A stretch of 64,000 nt of DNA. Origin: Mytilus californianus (taxonomy: Eukaryota). The notes beneath the pieces were generated by a model. That model ran no database searches. It saw nothing but the letters and a program-made list of their open reading frames with translations, and was not told where the DNA came from. This document shows, one piece after another, positions 25,276-38,600 of the stretch; the stretch's first letter is position 1; each line of letters opens with the position of its first letter. The position numbers and the translations under genes were made by a program. The stretch is taken from NCBI RefSeq assembly GCF_021869535.1, contig NW_026262593.1:45446001-45510000 (forward strand), in the 5' to 3' direction.

Positions 25276-28200
25276 TATTCGATTCGCCGCCAGAACAAAA
25301 GGTATTCTCATACCACATCTTCTTATATCTATATAAAATTAAAAAATGCATATTGAGAAATCGAAGGCTTTTGTCGAAGCTTTTACATCTCTGTCGACAC
25401 ATACAGCCGATATTCGATCAGTTGTATGTCATGGCATGAAGCAAACATAGTACTATAATTGCATTTTTTATCAAGTTCAATATAGAGATTCGTTCAACGT
25501 AGTCACCATATTTTGAATGTTAAATGATAATGCTAGATCCGATTCATATTTCCTGATATTTGTAAAAGGTATATATATATATATACTGAAGGTTGATCTT
25601 CAGAAGGAACGTAAAACAGACCTATGATTGTTCGGGATTTTTTTTATAGTTGTTGGGGCTAAGTGTAAGATTTAGATTGCATTGACATTACATTTTTTTC
25701 TGTAACAATATAAAAATAAGGAGATGTTGTATGATTGTATATGAGACAACTACCCACAGGAGACAAATAGATGAGAATGTAAACACAATTACAGGTCACC
25801 ACACGGCCTATAACAATGAGCAAAAGTCATACCGTATGTTAAGCAATAACAGTCCTCAGAATGACAAAATATGAAACAACTCAATAGAGAAAACAAACAG
25901 CTTAATGCATGGTTGCTGTCCGTCCTTAATGTTTTTCGTTATTAGAAAAAAGAGAACATCTCTATTACGATTGAATTACTTTGGAAGTAAAGACAATTTA
26001 AAAGAAGAATTGTGGTTTAGTAAAGAATGACCCTCTAATGCATTTAAAAAAAATACTCTTCATATTCCAAAATTTATCACAAATAACAGTTTTGACCTAG
26101 TACATGTATCTTCAGGCATCCATAATTTTGTCATAATTATGTTTAGAAATAAACTATGATTTTGTTAGAACCTCATAGTATACATAGAAGAAACAGTGAA
26201 CTTGTGAATTTTATGAAAAATTGTGCCTTTTCGAAAATGATCCTCGTTAGGAATATTTTCACAAGAAACCGGTCCTAACTATTGTATTGAATCGCATAGG
26301 ATCCGTAGCAAGGGTCCGAAACATACTTTAAACAGAATTGTTTTCAGTTTAGGAGGGTGTAGTAAAAATAGGGATGATTACACAAGGGCACTGCATAAAT
26401 TATTGAATATGATGTATAAAGACGATGACCACGTCTACTTTGGGAGGCTAGTTGAAAACATTCATCACATTGATAGATCTGGGGAAGAATTTAGAGAATA
26501 CCTATAAAAGGCCATAATCAATTTTCCCATTTAAAGAAGTGTGTGGCAGTTAACATTTTTGGAGCATCTGGGATCATCCCCCGGTTTTTGGTGGCGTTCG
26601 TGTTGCTCAGTCTTTAGTTTTCTGTGTTTTTTGTCTTATCGTTGTTTTTCGTTTCTTATTTTTGTAATGAAGTTGTCTGTATTTTTTCGAATTATGAGTT
26701 TGAATATCCCATTGGTATCTTCCGCCTCTCTTTTGTAACAGTGGTATGTTTTGGAACTGTTTTGAGGCCAAGATCATTATTTTGATATTTTTGATGATCC
26801 AAAATAGCATATAAAAAGGATTGACTGATCAGATTGACAAAAATGCTGATTACAATGCTACTATATCATTATTGAAACGGCAACATGTATATATAAGAAC
26901 AGTAAGTCTTACATTTGATTTAGGATATCCGTCAGTTACTGTATACAGCAACCCCATGAAACAAAAACCAGTAAATATCTAGTCTAAGAGATCAACATAT
27001 GCTCTTCAACAAATATACAAGTATCTATACAAATTGTCAAACTCTAAATCGTTCCTAGTTTACTGAAGTTATTATTATCTTCTGGAAGGTAGCATGATTA
27101 ATGGATGGGTCAATTAGAGTCTATACACTATGGTCCTGAAAAAGATTTAACTACTTGGCGTCGACAATATGGCGGTAATAAGACTTTTTTAAGTTTTCGT
27201 TCTTCTCGGGAATTTTAGTATCACATCAAGAAGGAGTATACAATTCCTGCAAATTTGTATAATTAATAACCGAAAAGTATGATGAAAAGTCAAACAAATT
27301 TGCAAAATCCATCTGTTAAAAACCAATAAGTTTCATAAGCTTCAGGAGCTTATTAGGTTGTACCTGACTAGTGTTAATTTAACAGACACTTCTAAAGATC
27401 TGCCATCAAAATCAAGTTTGTAAAATGACTAAAACATTAAGACATCGCAAAAGACAACCACTGCCGATCTTCCTGGTTTTGGACGGAACTATGATTGTCA
27501 GAATTATTGCAGGTTTTGAGACTTCCCCGTTTTCATTTTCGTTCAGCAGAATAACAAAAGTTACTAAATAACGTACAAAAATTTAACCTAAAAGTAAAAT
27601 TCAAAATTGTCTAGATTCAAAAGTACTTGTTTTTTGAAAAATAATTCATGATATTAGAAGACTTCTATTATCTTATCCAAGACAATTAGACAACTTTCCA
27701 TCAGAGACCAAATGAAAAAGAAATTTTAAAACAACTATAGGTCATCGATCGGCCTTCAACAATGAGCAAAACCCATACTCAATTTTCAGCTATAAAAAGC
27801 CCAGAAATTACAAATGTAAAAAAATTCAAACGAGAAAACTAACGGCCTGATTTACCATGGTCGCAGTATAGCAATTATTCCAATTAAGATATTCATCTAT
27901 TGACCTGGATGGCATGCCCCCCCCCCCCCCCCCCCAAAAAAAAACAAAAAAAAAACAACAACAACTCACAAATGACGAACAATACCGTAGTCTAAAACCT
28001 AATAGTTTGACGGAATTATACCGATTAGGATCAAGCGTATCCCTTGTGAATAACGTGAAGACCATTTGTTGCATGTTTATCCATAATTACTGGTTTGCCT
28101 AAACATACTATTTATAATTTTCCATCTATAACCAACAATAATATGCGGGATGAACTCCCGAAAATTATTGTTTTTTTTTAATATAAGTTGATATTATTAA

Positions 28201-28401
28201 TCGAATATTTATAAGGATTTGTGATTCGCTTAAACTTGATCACATGTAGATTTGTATTTACTCAGTTTGCACGCCAATACTGTTGTGTTTAGCTTTTCGT
28301 AGGTCAAAAAAAGCATATTGCACGGGGCATACAGCATGTTACTAAAAATACTTTCTAGAAATACCCAAATTTTACATTGTTCATGCAATAGTTGTTGATT
28401 G

Positions 28402-28560
28402 ATAATATAACAATTGTAGCCTTTGGTTGGGGTCAATACGATGTTATATCGACCAAAAGAAGCATATCGACCTCGGACTTCGTCCTCAGTCAATATGCTT
28501 CTCTTAGGTCGATATAACATCGTATCGACCTCATATAAAGGCTATAATTGTATAATATTG
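28402..28560. repeat. Long imperfect palindrome with GGACTTCGTCC apex
   Basis: Arms ACAATTGTAGCCTT..GGTCAATACGATGTTATATCGACC..AAGAAGCATAT pair with ATATGCTTCT..GGTCGATATAACATCGTATCGACC..AAGGCTATAATTGT. Confidence 0.85.
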
Positions 28561-29967
28561 CAGGTTTACCTATCATCATACTTTTCAGTATTCGGATATA
28601 CAAATTTGCGAGAAATCGTATGCTCCTCAGATGCAAATTAGAGGGATATCGTAACTATGCTCCTTTGTGACGTATTTCGAAAAATTCCCCAGAAGAACGA
28701 AAATTGGAAAACTTGTATCCCTTCCAAGTTGTTGAAGGTTTTTCTGGACCACTAGTGTTTAAACCAAAATCGATCTTTGTATCACTTCTTGTGTCTTCGG
28801 AGAATATCAAAATACTTGATTTGATTATCATACTATTTTTTATTTAAATGTACTTCAATGTAATGAAAAAAATAGAGATGCACGGTATAAATGAGGTAGC
28901 TACCCAACGATACAAAAACATGTTTAGGTTATTATACGGTTTAAAGCCTTGTCCATGAAAACCATGCAAAATGCAGAACCTTGAAAAATGTACATACAAT
29001 TTCATCTTTTAAAAATTAACCTGAAATGACAATAAAAAGCTTGTTCCGGTCATGAAGGTATGAAAAATTCTCATGAAATTATCTTGTAACCACATATATT
29101 AATATTGTTAATAATCAGGCTTCCAAACATTCATATCTATGTGATTCATTCTATATACTATTAAATAATATTATTCACACTAACTTCTCGAAAAGCTACA
29201 AAAAGATATTTTTGTCAGAAAATGCTACAAAAAGGTAGAAAATATTTTGTAAATACTGTATATATATGCCGAATATAGTAGTACCGTGTGTTTTAACAAC
29301 ACAATATAATTTAGTTTCGAAACAGCCAGTATTGAAATATTTCATATTGATTATATACCCATATCAATATCACCCGATTGTAATCATGTATTAACAAGGA
29401 ACACTTTTGCTGAGAAAATGTATATGAATAAAAAGAGATAATTCAACGAGACAGCAATGAAACGACAAAAAAAAAGACATACAGTGTATAAAAAACAAAA
29501 GACATGTCAAGCTTAAAATCATCCCGACTCTATACAAATTTGTGAATGCTGCAATGAGTTGTGATCGTTTGGACCTGTTGACGGACCCATTGCGACTTTG
29601 AGATGAAGAACGGCGATATGTCAGCTGTGATCTTATAAGCAAAGATGTTGTGGAATCATGGAATCGGAATGAGTTATTATTAAAAGAGGACAATTAAACA
29701 TTTGTTCAAAAGTACTTCACACAATACAATAAATTTGAAGTCTTTTAACAACTTAAGAACAGAATGGCTTAGAATGCATGCGACAATTATTACAATTATT
29801 TATTATTTTATATTTTGACTGCTATGATGAGTACAATTTCATTGTGATAGCCTTATTCAATTTAGAAATATAATCAATATAGGTCATATAATCAATGGCA
29901 TTGTCGTTTCATATAAACATTTCAATTGTTTTGTAAATTGATAATTATAGATGAAATAAATAGAGTT

Positions 29968-32900
29968 TCAACGGCGCCTCCTGCGCCCAATTATAGCCGT
30001 TGGTGGAGGAAGGGTAGAGGTAGGAGTTTCTTTGTTTGGCTGAGGTGTCGTACGTGCTGGAGTTTCAATATTAGGCAGATTTGTTGTTGGTGCTGGAGTT
30101 TCAGCTTTTGGAATTGTTGTCGGCGCTGGGGTTTCAACATTAGCCATGGTAGTTGTTGGTGCTGGAGTTTCTGCTTTTGGCATTGTTGTCGGCGCTGGAG
30201 TTTCAACATTAGCCATGGTAGTTGTTGGTGCTGGCGTTTCAGCCTTCGGCATTGTTGTCGGCGCTGGAGTTTCAACATTAGTCATAGTTGTTGTTGGTGC
30301 TGGCGTTTCAGCCTTCGGCATAGTTGTTGGCGCTGGAGTTTCAACATTAGACATTGCAGTTGTTTGTGGCATTGTTATTTTTGACGACATCACCGTCGTC
30401 GTTGCTGATGATGAAATGTTGGTCATAGGAGCAAGCGTTGTAGCCATTTTTATTTTTGCTACAAAAGGAAAATAAATAATTCGGCTGTTTGATCTAATCT
30501 TTTAAACATTGCTGATGAGAATATGACAGTGAAAGAAGGTATACATTAAGTATTTTAAGTAATGTCAATAACTGTGGATATTTTGTATTACTGTTGCAGC
30601 ACTATGTGGAATAAAAATCTTATATGTAATAAAATAACTTTAAACAAATGAAAGCACACGCTTAGAGTGCAATTATTATTACACATAGAGTCGATGGTGT
30701 CAACTATATCTATACTTAAAAAAACTATATGTGTTACAAGTGTTACACATAGTGTATGGTAACTGTAACAACTGTTACACATAAAACTGCGAATATAAAA
30801 AGTGGCATAATTGAAAATCTTTAACATCAAGGTCCGTGTTAAACTATTTTTTTTACCGTTTTTTTTTTTAAATTTTCTGCTTTCAAGCTTTAACACATTA
30901 ACGTTGGTTAAAACGGCAACATACCATGCAAACATAATTTGTTTTAGATCAACCATTTTGGTATCTGGAAGGGGCCTGGGATTTTAGTTCGGACGGATAG
31001 TTGACAGATATTTTTCGACCTTGAGGCGTTTTGTTTGTTTATTCAAAATTATACATAAGGAATGCAGAGAAACGGGGATATTGAAGTACTAGAACAAATT
31101 TTGTTGAGACAATACTTATGATTTTGTGATATGTCATTTCCATTTAGTCCAGTAGATTTCTTTTTGTTTTGTCATCAGGCAAAATTGTTTGCAGCTTAAT
31201 ATTACAAGATTAAATCAGGATGTACAATGTAGGATTTTAAATTGATTCACATTTTCTATCCGGGTGTCTTATTTTACTACGCGATATATATATATATGTT
31301 TTGCTCATAGGTAAAGGCCGAAGATGAGATGTTGATTACGTCCTATAGTCTTTTGGTCTTGTGTGGTTGAGAGTCTCCTCATTGGTAAGCATACCATATC
31401 TCCTTATTTTGATATGAAAGCACCTTCACTGGTCATGCAGTATGTAGTAGTTTTGTTAATATTTGTGTTCATACTTTTATATATACTGCGGTGAACGGTT
31501 ATACGTACTGGTGAATGTAATTATAGCTGAAGTTATATTGGGCTATTTTTAACATACAATTGTGCATTGCTGACTGTCTTATTTCCTTTTCTTTGATTAT
31601 TTAAAGCATAAATCATTGCAGGTATTTGCTTTTTTCATTTGCTTCCCATTTTTGTCATACTGGGGCCTTTTATAGCTTACTATATAAGTTATAAGTTTTG
31701 CTCATTCTTAAAGCCACACAGTACCCTAAATAGACATACGGAGATGTGGTAAGATTGCCACTTATAGACAGTCCACAATAGGCAAATCACTTGGATGCAA
31801 GCAACTATAGGCAACTGTACAGCCTTCAACGATAATCATTTTTCAAAGTCAGATTATCACGTGCAGATATCAGGAATCCAAGAGCAAAGTCCATGCCGTG
31901 TTAAAATATTTCAATGTTAAGATATAAATGTACAGTGTTTGCATTAAATCTAATAAACACATGATCAATCTTAATAAACTACAGACCATGTGAGCATGAT
32001 TCACCTACAAGGATCTGGCAACGCTCTGGTATACTTTCTATTGTGAAGACCGTTTTGGGGTCCTTGAATTATGACGTAAGGACACATATCTTCATCTTTT
32101 TAAGGAAGTTTCATATGTTTACGTAGTTATTATCAGAAGAGAACCTAGAAGGAAGCTTTGACACATGATCTGTATTTCTGTATTTGAATGAAACATATGA
32201 TATTTATATCTTACGGAATTCACAGGCATACGAATAGGTATAGCCAAAAGCTAGTATTGGTTTACACGGGTAATCATGCCAGTGACCTCCATCATCACGT
32301 CGTATGAGAGCGCAATCTTCATTACCACCATTTGCAAACAGAAATCCTGTGTTGTGATTATTTCCTTGTCCATCTGCGAATCGGCTGTAAGAAATCTTGC
32401 TACCTACATAAAGAAATAAGATAGTTGCTGTTAGAAAAAAAATATTGACATACTCTGATAAATGAAAAGATTAGAGAGAGTACTTTTAAGTGAAGGGGTT
32501 CTTGTTATTTGCAGATGCCAATTAAACACGTGATTTTACCTGTCTCGTTTTGATACCCTTAAAAGTTCACTGAAGATTATTTCCGATGGTGTCTTGTAAT
32601 AAAAATATGTTATTACATGATGTTGCATTTGCTGAACTATTAAAAAATTCGCGATTGGAATTTTTTTAACTGAATTTTGGTGAAGTAAACTGATTCTTAT
32701 AGCGTACGAAAATACATATCTTCAACAGCCCCTTACGAAATGTCAATTATTTTAAATGTATTTTTGTAATTCGTTAATGGCTCTATTAAAAATGAGGATT
32801 TTAACGTTGCGTTCATACATATTTGTGTAGGAAAACGGAAAACGAATTATTCGTCCTCTATAATCAATAGCCAATGTGGTCGCCCTATGTCCCCAATGGG

Positions 32901-34608
32901 ACGAAGTGGATTAAAGCAAGTATAATCAATTAATATTATAATCTGAAAAGGATGTCCAGTCGAGAGTATCAGAATTTAGAAATAACTATATTCAACAAAA
33001 CATATATAACAAATTACAGACAAATCATATTATTATGGAGTATTCTTACTATAAATTTATCTTGTATTCATAACTTCTGATTTAACGCCATATTTTTATT
33101 TGTGCTTATACATGTATAACTATACTTTCACAGTAAATATTCAAACGGTATATATAGCTATGATTAAAATTATACATACCATCAACCCAGCGCCAGTCAC
33201 CTTCTCTGCTCTGATCAGTGGCACCTATCCATATATTATCAGTATCCCAGTGATCAAGACGAAGATAATTCAGTAAAAAACTTTGCTTACTGGCATCCTT
33301 AACCATTACCAAATCTCCTCCAAGTCTTCTACAATTTGCTCTACCATCTTGCCAGGATTTTTTGTCACGGACAAAAAGTACACAACTGTCAAGATATTCA
33401 TGAACATACCTTAGAGACCGTATTCTTGATGGGCAGTGTGACAGATCTGGAAAATTGCATTAGTTTTACAATAGCTATAACATGTACACTATTTCATAAT
33501 TTTAACAGCCTGTAAAGTACTAATATGTATTTTGCTCATTGTTGAAGGTCGTATGGTGAGCTATAATTGTTAACTTCTATGTTATTTGGTCTCTGGTGGA
33601 GATTTGTCTCACTGGCAGTAATACCACATCTTCTTATTATTATAAAACGGTATTTTGTAATTGAATACACTTTCATAAATAATAAAGGTCTTTTCCTTCT
33701 TCCTTTTCTTTCTTTCTGTGTACGAAAAGTGGTTGTAGCAAATTTTCTCAATCTAATTACCAAATTTATCCATATTTGACGTCTTTGATATAATTAACAG
33801 AAAGACAGGCATTAAACAACATTCAATATGTGGAAAATGAAAACACGGACGAAATACTTTTCAGTTGTGTTGGAATTTTATGCGACTGTCATACAAGTGA
33901 GAGATTTAGCTAGCTATAAAACAAGGCTTAATCCACCATTTTCTACTTAAGGAAATGCCTGTACCAAGTCAGGAATACGACAGTTGTTTTCCATTCGTTT
34001 GATGTGTTTTAGCTTTTGTTTTTGCCAATTGTAAAGGGACTTTCCGTTTTGAATTTTCCTTAGGGTTCGGTATTTTTATTGTTTTACTTTTTTCTCAAAC
34101 CTTATTATGCATTTGTGTATATTTCCTTTACCTGAATAAAAATATTTTTTATTATTACTTTCATTGAATTCCGAGCACGTGTATCTCCAAAACAGACATC
34201 CTATGACCCATTCGTTATCCAGGTCCATTTATCCTAATTGACATGATATGCATTTTACTGAATTAAGGTTCAATGTTAGTCTTAAAAGTGTTATTAAAAT
34301 CAAAATCTTCATATGTCTTCTCAAAGATATATATCCACAATTAATATCGAAAATTTTGTTTCCACTTATTGACTTGAACAATGCAAAAATAGTGAGTTTT
34401 TTTTGTATTTATCTGTATTCAATAGTTTATATTTTTAAAATTTATTCTTCCCTTATTGGATCATCTTTTAATATATTCTTGTTTTTATATATTAATATTT
34501 TTTCATAAATGAATAGTTATCTTACATATCAACATAAATATACATACCGGCACTGTAAACTGCTTGATGTACGAAACCAAATAGAAAAGACACAAATACT
34601 AGAATCAT
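29968..34608 (-). CDS. CTL-3: secreted C-type lectin with ETPAP-repeat mucin tail ending IIGRRRRR (4 exons, 335 aa)
   Basis: Exons (minus) 34608-34548 (signal MILVFVSFLFGFVHQAVYSA), 33446-33180, 32403-32215 and 30458-29968. GT-AG phase 1 throughout. Motifs WIGA, EDC, WHDYPC. Confidence 0.92.
30050..30348 (-). repeat. Coding tandem repeat, 69-bp higher-order unit (11+12 aa: NVETPAPTTMP / KAETPAPTTTM[AT]) x4
   Basis: Read directly from the exon-4 translation of CTL-3. Confidence 0.9.
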
Positions 34609-35626
34609 CTTGAATCAAATGAACTTAGAAAGAGTTAGTAAGATACCTGTTGGTTCTTGAACCCTTGTAATTGAACTATCTTACAATTTAGAATCATCCT
34701 TGTGTACGTAAGTAAACAATCATATCTCAAACTTAAAAGGATTTGTGGACAACATTCGGCTCTTATGTATCAAACTGAAGGTTGTCAAGTCAAAACCTTT
34801 CAAGTTGTTGACACAAAGTGATATTATTGTTTGTTCTGTTGAAGAGAAAGTTTAACTTAATTGTACCTAGATTTTGTAACTCTTGTGTCAGTTTTCATTG
34901 CCAACTGCATGTGTTTCCAGGGTAAATTTTTTCTCAAAAGAATGGTTTGATATGCATGAAATATCTGAACATTGGGTACAATGTACGTGTATTTGTTGCA
35001 TATACTACTCAAAAACGCTGCTCACGCTATTGCTGTCAGTTTTAAATAAAACGTCTTTTTGTTTTTACAATGTCCATTGTACCTTGACAGAATACAAACA
35101 ATCATATGGACTAAATGTATAATGTATACGCAAACCAAATGCATATGATATGCCATTCAATATTTACATCGGCTTTTTTTACGTTAATTAATTAATTCAT
35201 TTCCTTATTTTTTTCATACTTTATTACTATTATCATTTTTATCAATAGTAATAGACGAAATTTAGTAGAAGCAGTAGTACTAAGTGAAGTGAATCTGTGA
35301 AGAAAATCAATAAAAGTGCTGTCTTGTTTGGTGTCTGAGATCATGGAAGACCACAAAAACCAATTATCTGATATTTAATATTTTTAATTTTTCCTATGAA
35401 TGAAAGGATATGTGGAATATACATCATTTAAACAGTGACCAAACGACACAAAACGAGTACAAGATGCGGTATTCAACAAAAGATAAGGTCTAACAAGTAT
35501 CAAGTTCTCAACCGCTCATTAAAAATAATTTACATTATAATTCTAAAATAATCATTCTTTTAATATCCGAATAAAGATCAAATTATCAATATTTTGTTTG
35601 AAATATAAACGAAAAAGAATGACAAA

Positions 35627-38600
35627 TTAAAGTCTTCGTTTTCTGCCAATAATAACAGTATTGGGTGCTGTTGGTAACGGAGTCTCAATGTTTGGCATTG
35701 TAGGGGCGGGAGTTTCTACATTAGGCAAAGTAGTTGGTTTTGGTGTTTCTATGTTCGCCATCGTTGTTGGTGCTGGTGTCTCTACGTTAGGCATAGATGT
35801 GGATGGTGCCATCGTTTCGATCGTAGTCGTTGTCGGCGCCACAGATGTTGATGGTGCCATCGTTTCAATTGTAGTCGTTGTCGGCGCCATAGTACTCGTG
35901 AGATTTGAAATGTCAGTTGAACCTACTTGGATGGTCGGACCATTTGTTGTACCATTTCCACTCTTGGCTAATAGTAGCATTAAAACAAGAATATTTATAA
36001 TAAATCTCAAATACATATCTTAACAATAATAGTTATAATAATTGTAATAATAATTATACATTGTAATAATAATTCGAACAGAAATATACATTCGAGTCAG
36101 ACCTTTTGTTCAAATTCCAGCAGCGCCTGCATACGGAGTATATATCTCCCAATTGATACGATATTCCCGGGCTTGTGTTTCCTATCATGATTTCCTTGAT
36201 AGAGGATTGCTGCTCACAAGGAAGCTATTAAGCCAAGAGTTCCAAATGGTGAAGTTGAAATCATCCCTTCGTAAATTTTACGGACGCCATCACGAGTTGG
36301 TTGACCGTTATGGAATAACCGTTTCACAGATGATATCGGATATGTTCCTTATGTCGTAACTACAATATCCTTCCCGTTTCACGAATGTGACTTACCGAAT
36401 TAGACTATTTACCGGATTTGTAATAACATAAGCAACACGACGGGTGCCACATGTGGAGCAGGATCTGCTTACCCTTCCGGAGCACCTGAGATCACCCCCA
36501 GTTTTTGGTGGGGTTCGTGTTGCTCAGTCTTTAGTTTTCTATGTTGTGTCATCTGTACTATTATTTGTCTGTTTGTCTTTTTATTTTTGGCCATGGCGTT
36601 GTCAGTTTGTTTTCGATCTATGAGTTTGACTGTCCCTCTGGTATCTTCCGTTCCTGTTTTATCTTAATTTCACTATTTTATTTCTGTGTTCTTAGTAAAA
36701 ATTCAATGTGTATTTTTTATCATTCCTATCCTGGTATGTTCGTCATTTTGCACCATTAACAGGGTTACACTTGATATATATTGCTTCGTGTAAATGTTTA
36801 TGCTTATTTGCAAAAGGATAATGAAATTGTGCTGCATCAATCGTTGTTAATCAACCAAAAGTATAATTCTACATTTATTATTCATATATAGTGTTATACA
36901 TTTATGAGCATCTACGTCTTACATTTTTATTTTGTTTACTATCGAAATAATAAGTTTTTTGAATGATTGAAGAAGACAGTGTTACCGTAACTTTTGTCAT
37001 GATACATTCCAACATTATATGTAACTTTTCAAAAACATTCAATATTTAACTATAGGTACACTATAAAAATAAGAAGATGTGGTATGATTGCCAATGATAC
37101 AACTCTCAACCATAGACCAAATTACGTAGAAGGTCAGCAACTAAAGTTCACCGTACGGGCTTCAACAATGAGCAAAACCCATACTACATATAAAGCTATA
37201 ATAGACTACTTACGGAATTCACAGGCATAAGTGTAATGATATCCTATATTCCCTACGATTGGATGACATGGATAATCATGCCACAGGCCACCATCACTAC
37301 GTCTAATCAGAGCACAGTCTTCGTTTGAACCACCAGCAAACAAAAATCCGGTGTTGTGGTTATTTCCTTGTCCTTTTGCAAAATGCCCGTATGTTACACT
37401 AGTTCCTGAAAGGAAATGCATTTAGTTAAATAATACAAACTTAGTGAAATCCTGCTAATTCAAAATTGACCTTTTAACTTCAAGAAAGATAATATAAATG
37501 TGATTGTTCATAGAGTTAAAATGGAAGATATGTACATGTAAATGAGATTCGTATGAATAGGTCTTCTTTTTATCAATATTAAAACGATTTAAAACATCTC
37601 CCAGAATATTTTGAAAATTGACCTATCAGAATCAAAGGTTGTCTCCGACTGAAATGATTTTCATCCGATCGATTGTGATCATTTGTAGAATACCTTTCAT
37701 ACGTCATATTTGCCAAATTTGATAAGAACTTACCAAGTACATTGTAGACACATAGCATACAATTTAAAATGAGATTTTCAGAGGGTTCCAAGATAAGTAT
37801 CAATAGGAACTATGTGCCACAAATCGTGCTAACATGTTCGCCTTCCAAAATAAATCCTAATCCAATCTAATATTTAATACTAATATTGCACACTTGCTGA
37901 TTTTTTGTACTCATATAAAGCAGAATTGAAACAAACTGAAAAAGATCACAACATGCTTCATGTCACTTACACCTGCATTATTTTACGCATAAATCATTTT
38001 CAGTGAGTGTTTTATCTCTTAAAGCACTTGGAAGTGAAATAATAGGAAATGGAGAGCCAAGAACCACTGCTCTGTATTCTTTTTGACTGTATTAGAACAA
38101 TAAACTCATCATATATATATATGTACTAAGCATAACATTTTGTACTACAGACGAGTGTTTAGTCTACCAAAGATTCACCAGTGACGTTCGAAAAAAAAAG
38201 TTGAAAAGGCCAAATAAAGTACGAAAATTAAGAGCATTATAGACCCAAAATTCCGAAGGGTTTGCCAAAAACAGCTAAGGTAATCTATTCCTAGGGTAGA
38301 AATTCCTATGTTTCTGAACAATAATTTCATAATTATGATCATATCAATGGTAATTCATTTTCAACACAGTAGTGCTGACTACTGGGCTTGTTAACAAAGT
38401 GGCAAACACAAACTATAAAGAAAAACACGTTCGCCAGTTAGACTGGCACGGTACTAGTTACGTCTAATTTTATGGAGGAGTTCGGTTTTTGTGTTTGGTG
38501 TGATCGGTTGTACTGTCAAATACTTTTGTAATTCTTGTTATCCTGTTTAAGCATTACACTGTGTAACTCAAAAAGATATACACAGATTTTAACATAGTAT

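Noticed and set aside
26349-26510. Resemblance of the open stretch to nuclear-receptor ligand-binding helices
   Set aside because: No other receptor exons were found and the downstream sequence does not continue the pattern; probably coincidental.
29926-30475. Cys/Trp-rich, Gln-rich and Val/Gly-rich ORFs over the mucin exons (also 7086-7274, 35661-36023)
   Set aside because: These are alternative-frame or antisense shadows of Thr/Pro repeat coding sequence.
35968-36016. Apparent signal peptide MYLRFIINILVLMLLLA making a stand-alone secreted mucin peptide
   Set aside because: This is the AT-rich end of CTL-4 intron 3. The acceptor at 35967 matches the phase-1 junction of the paralogues.
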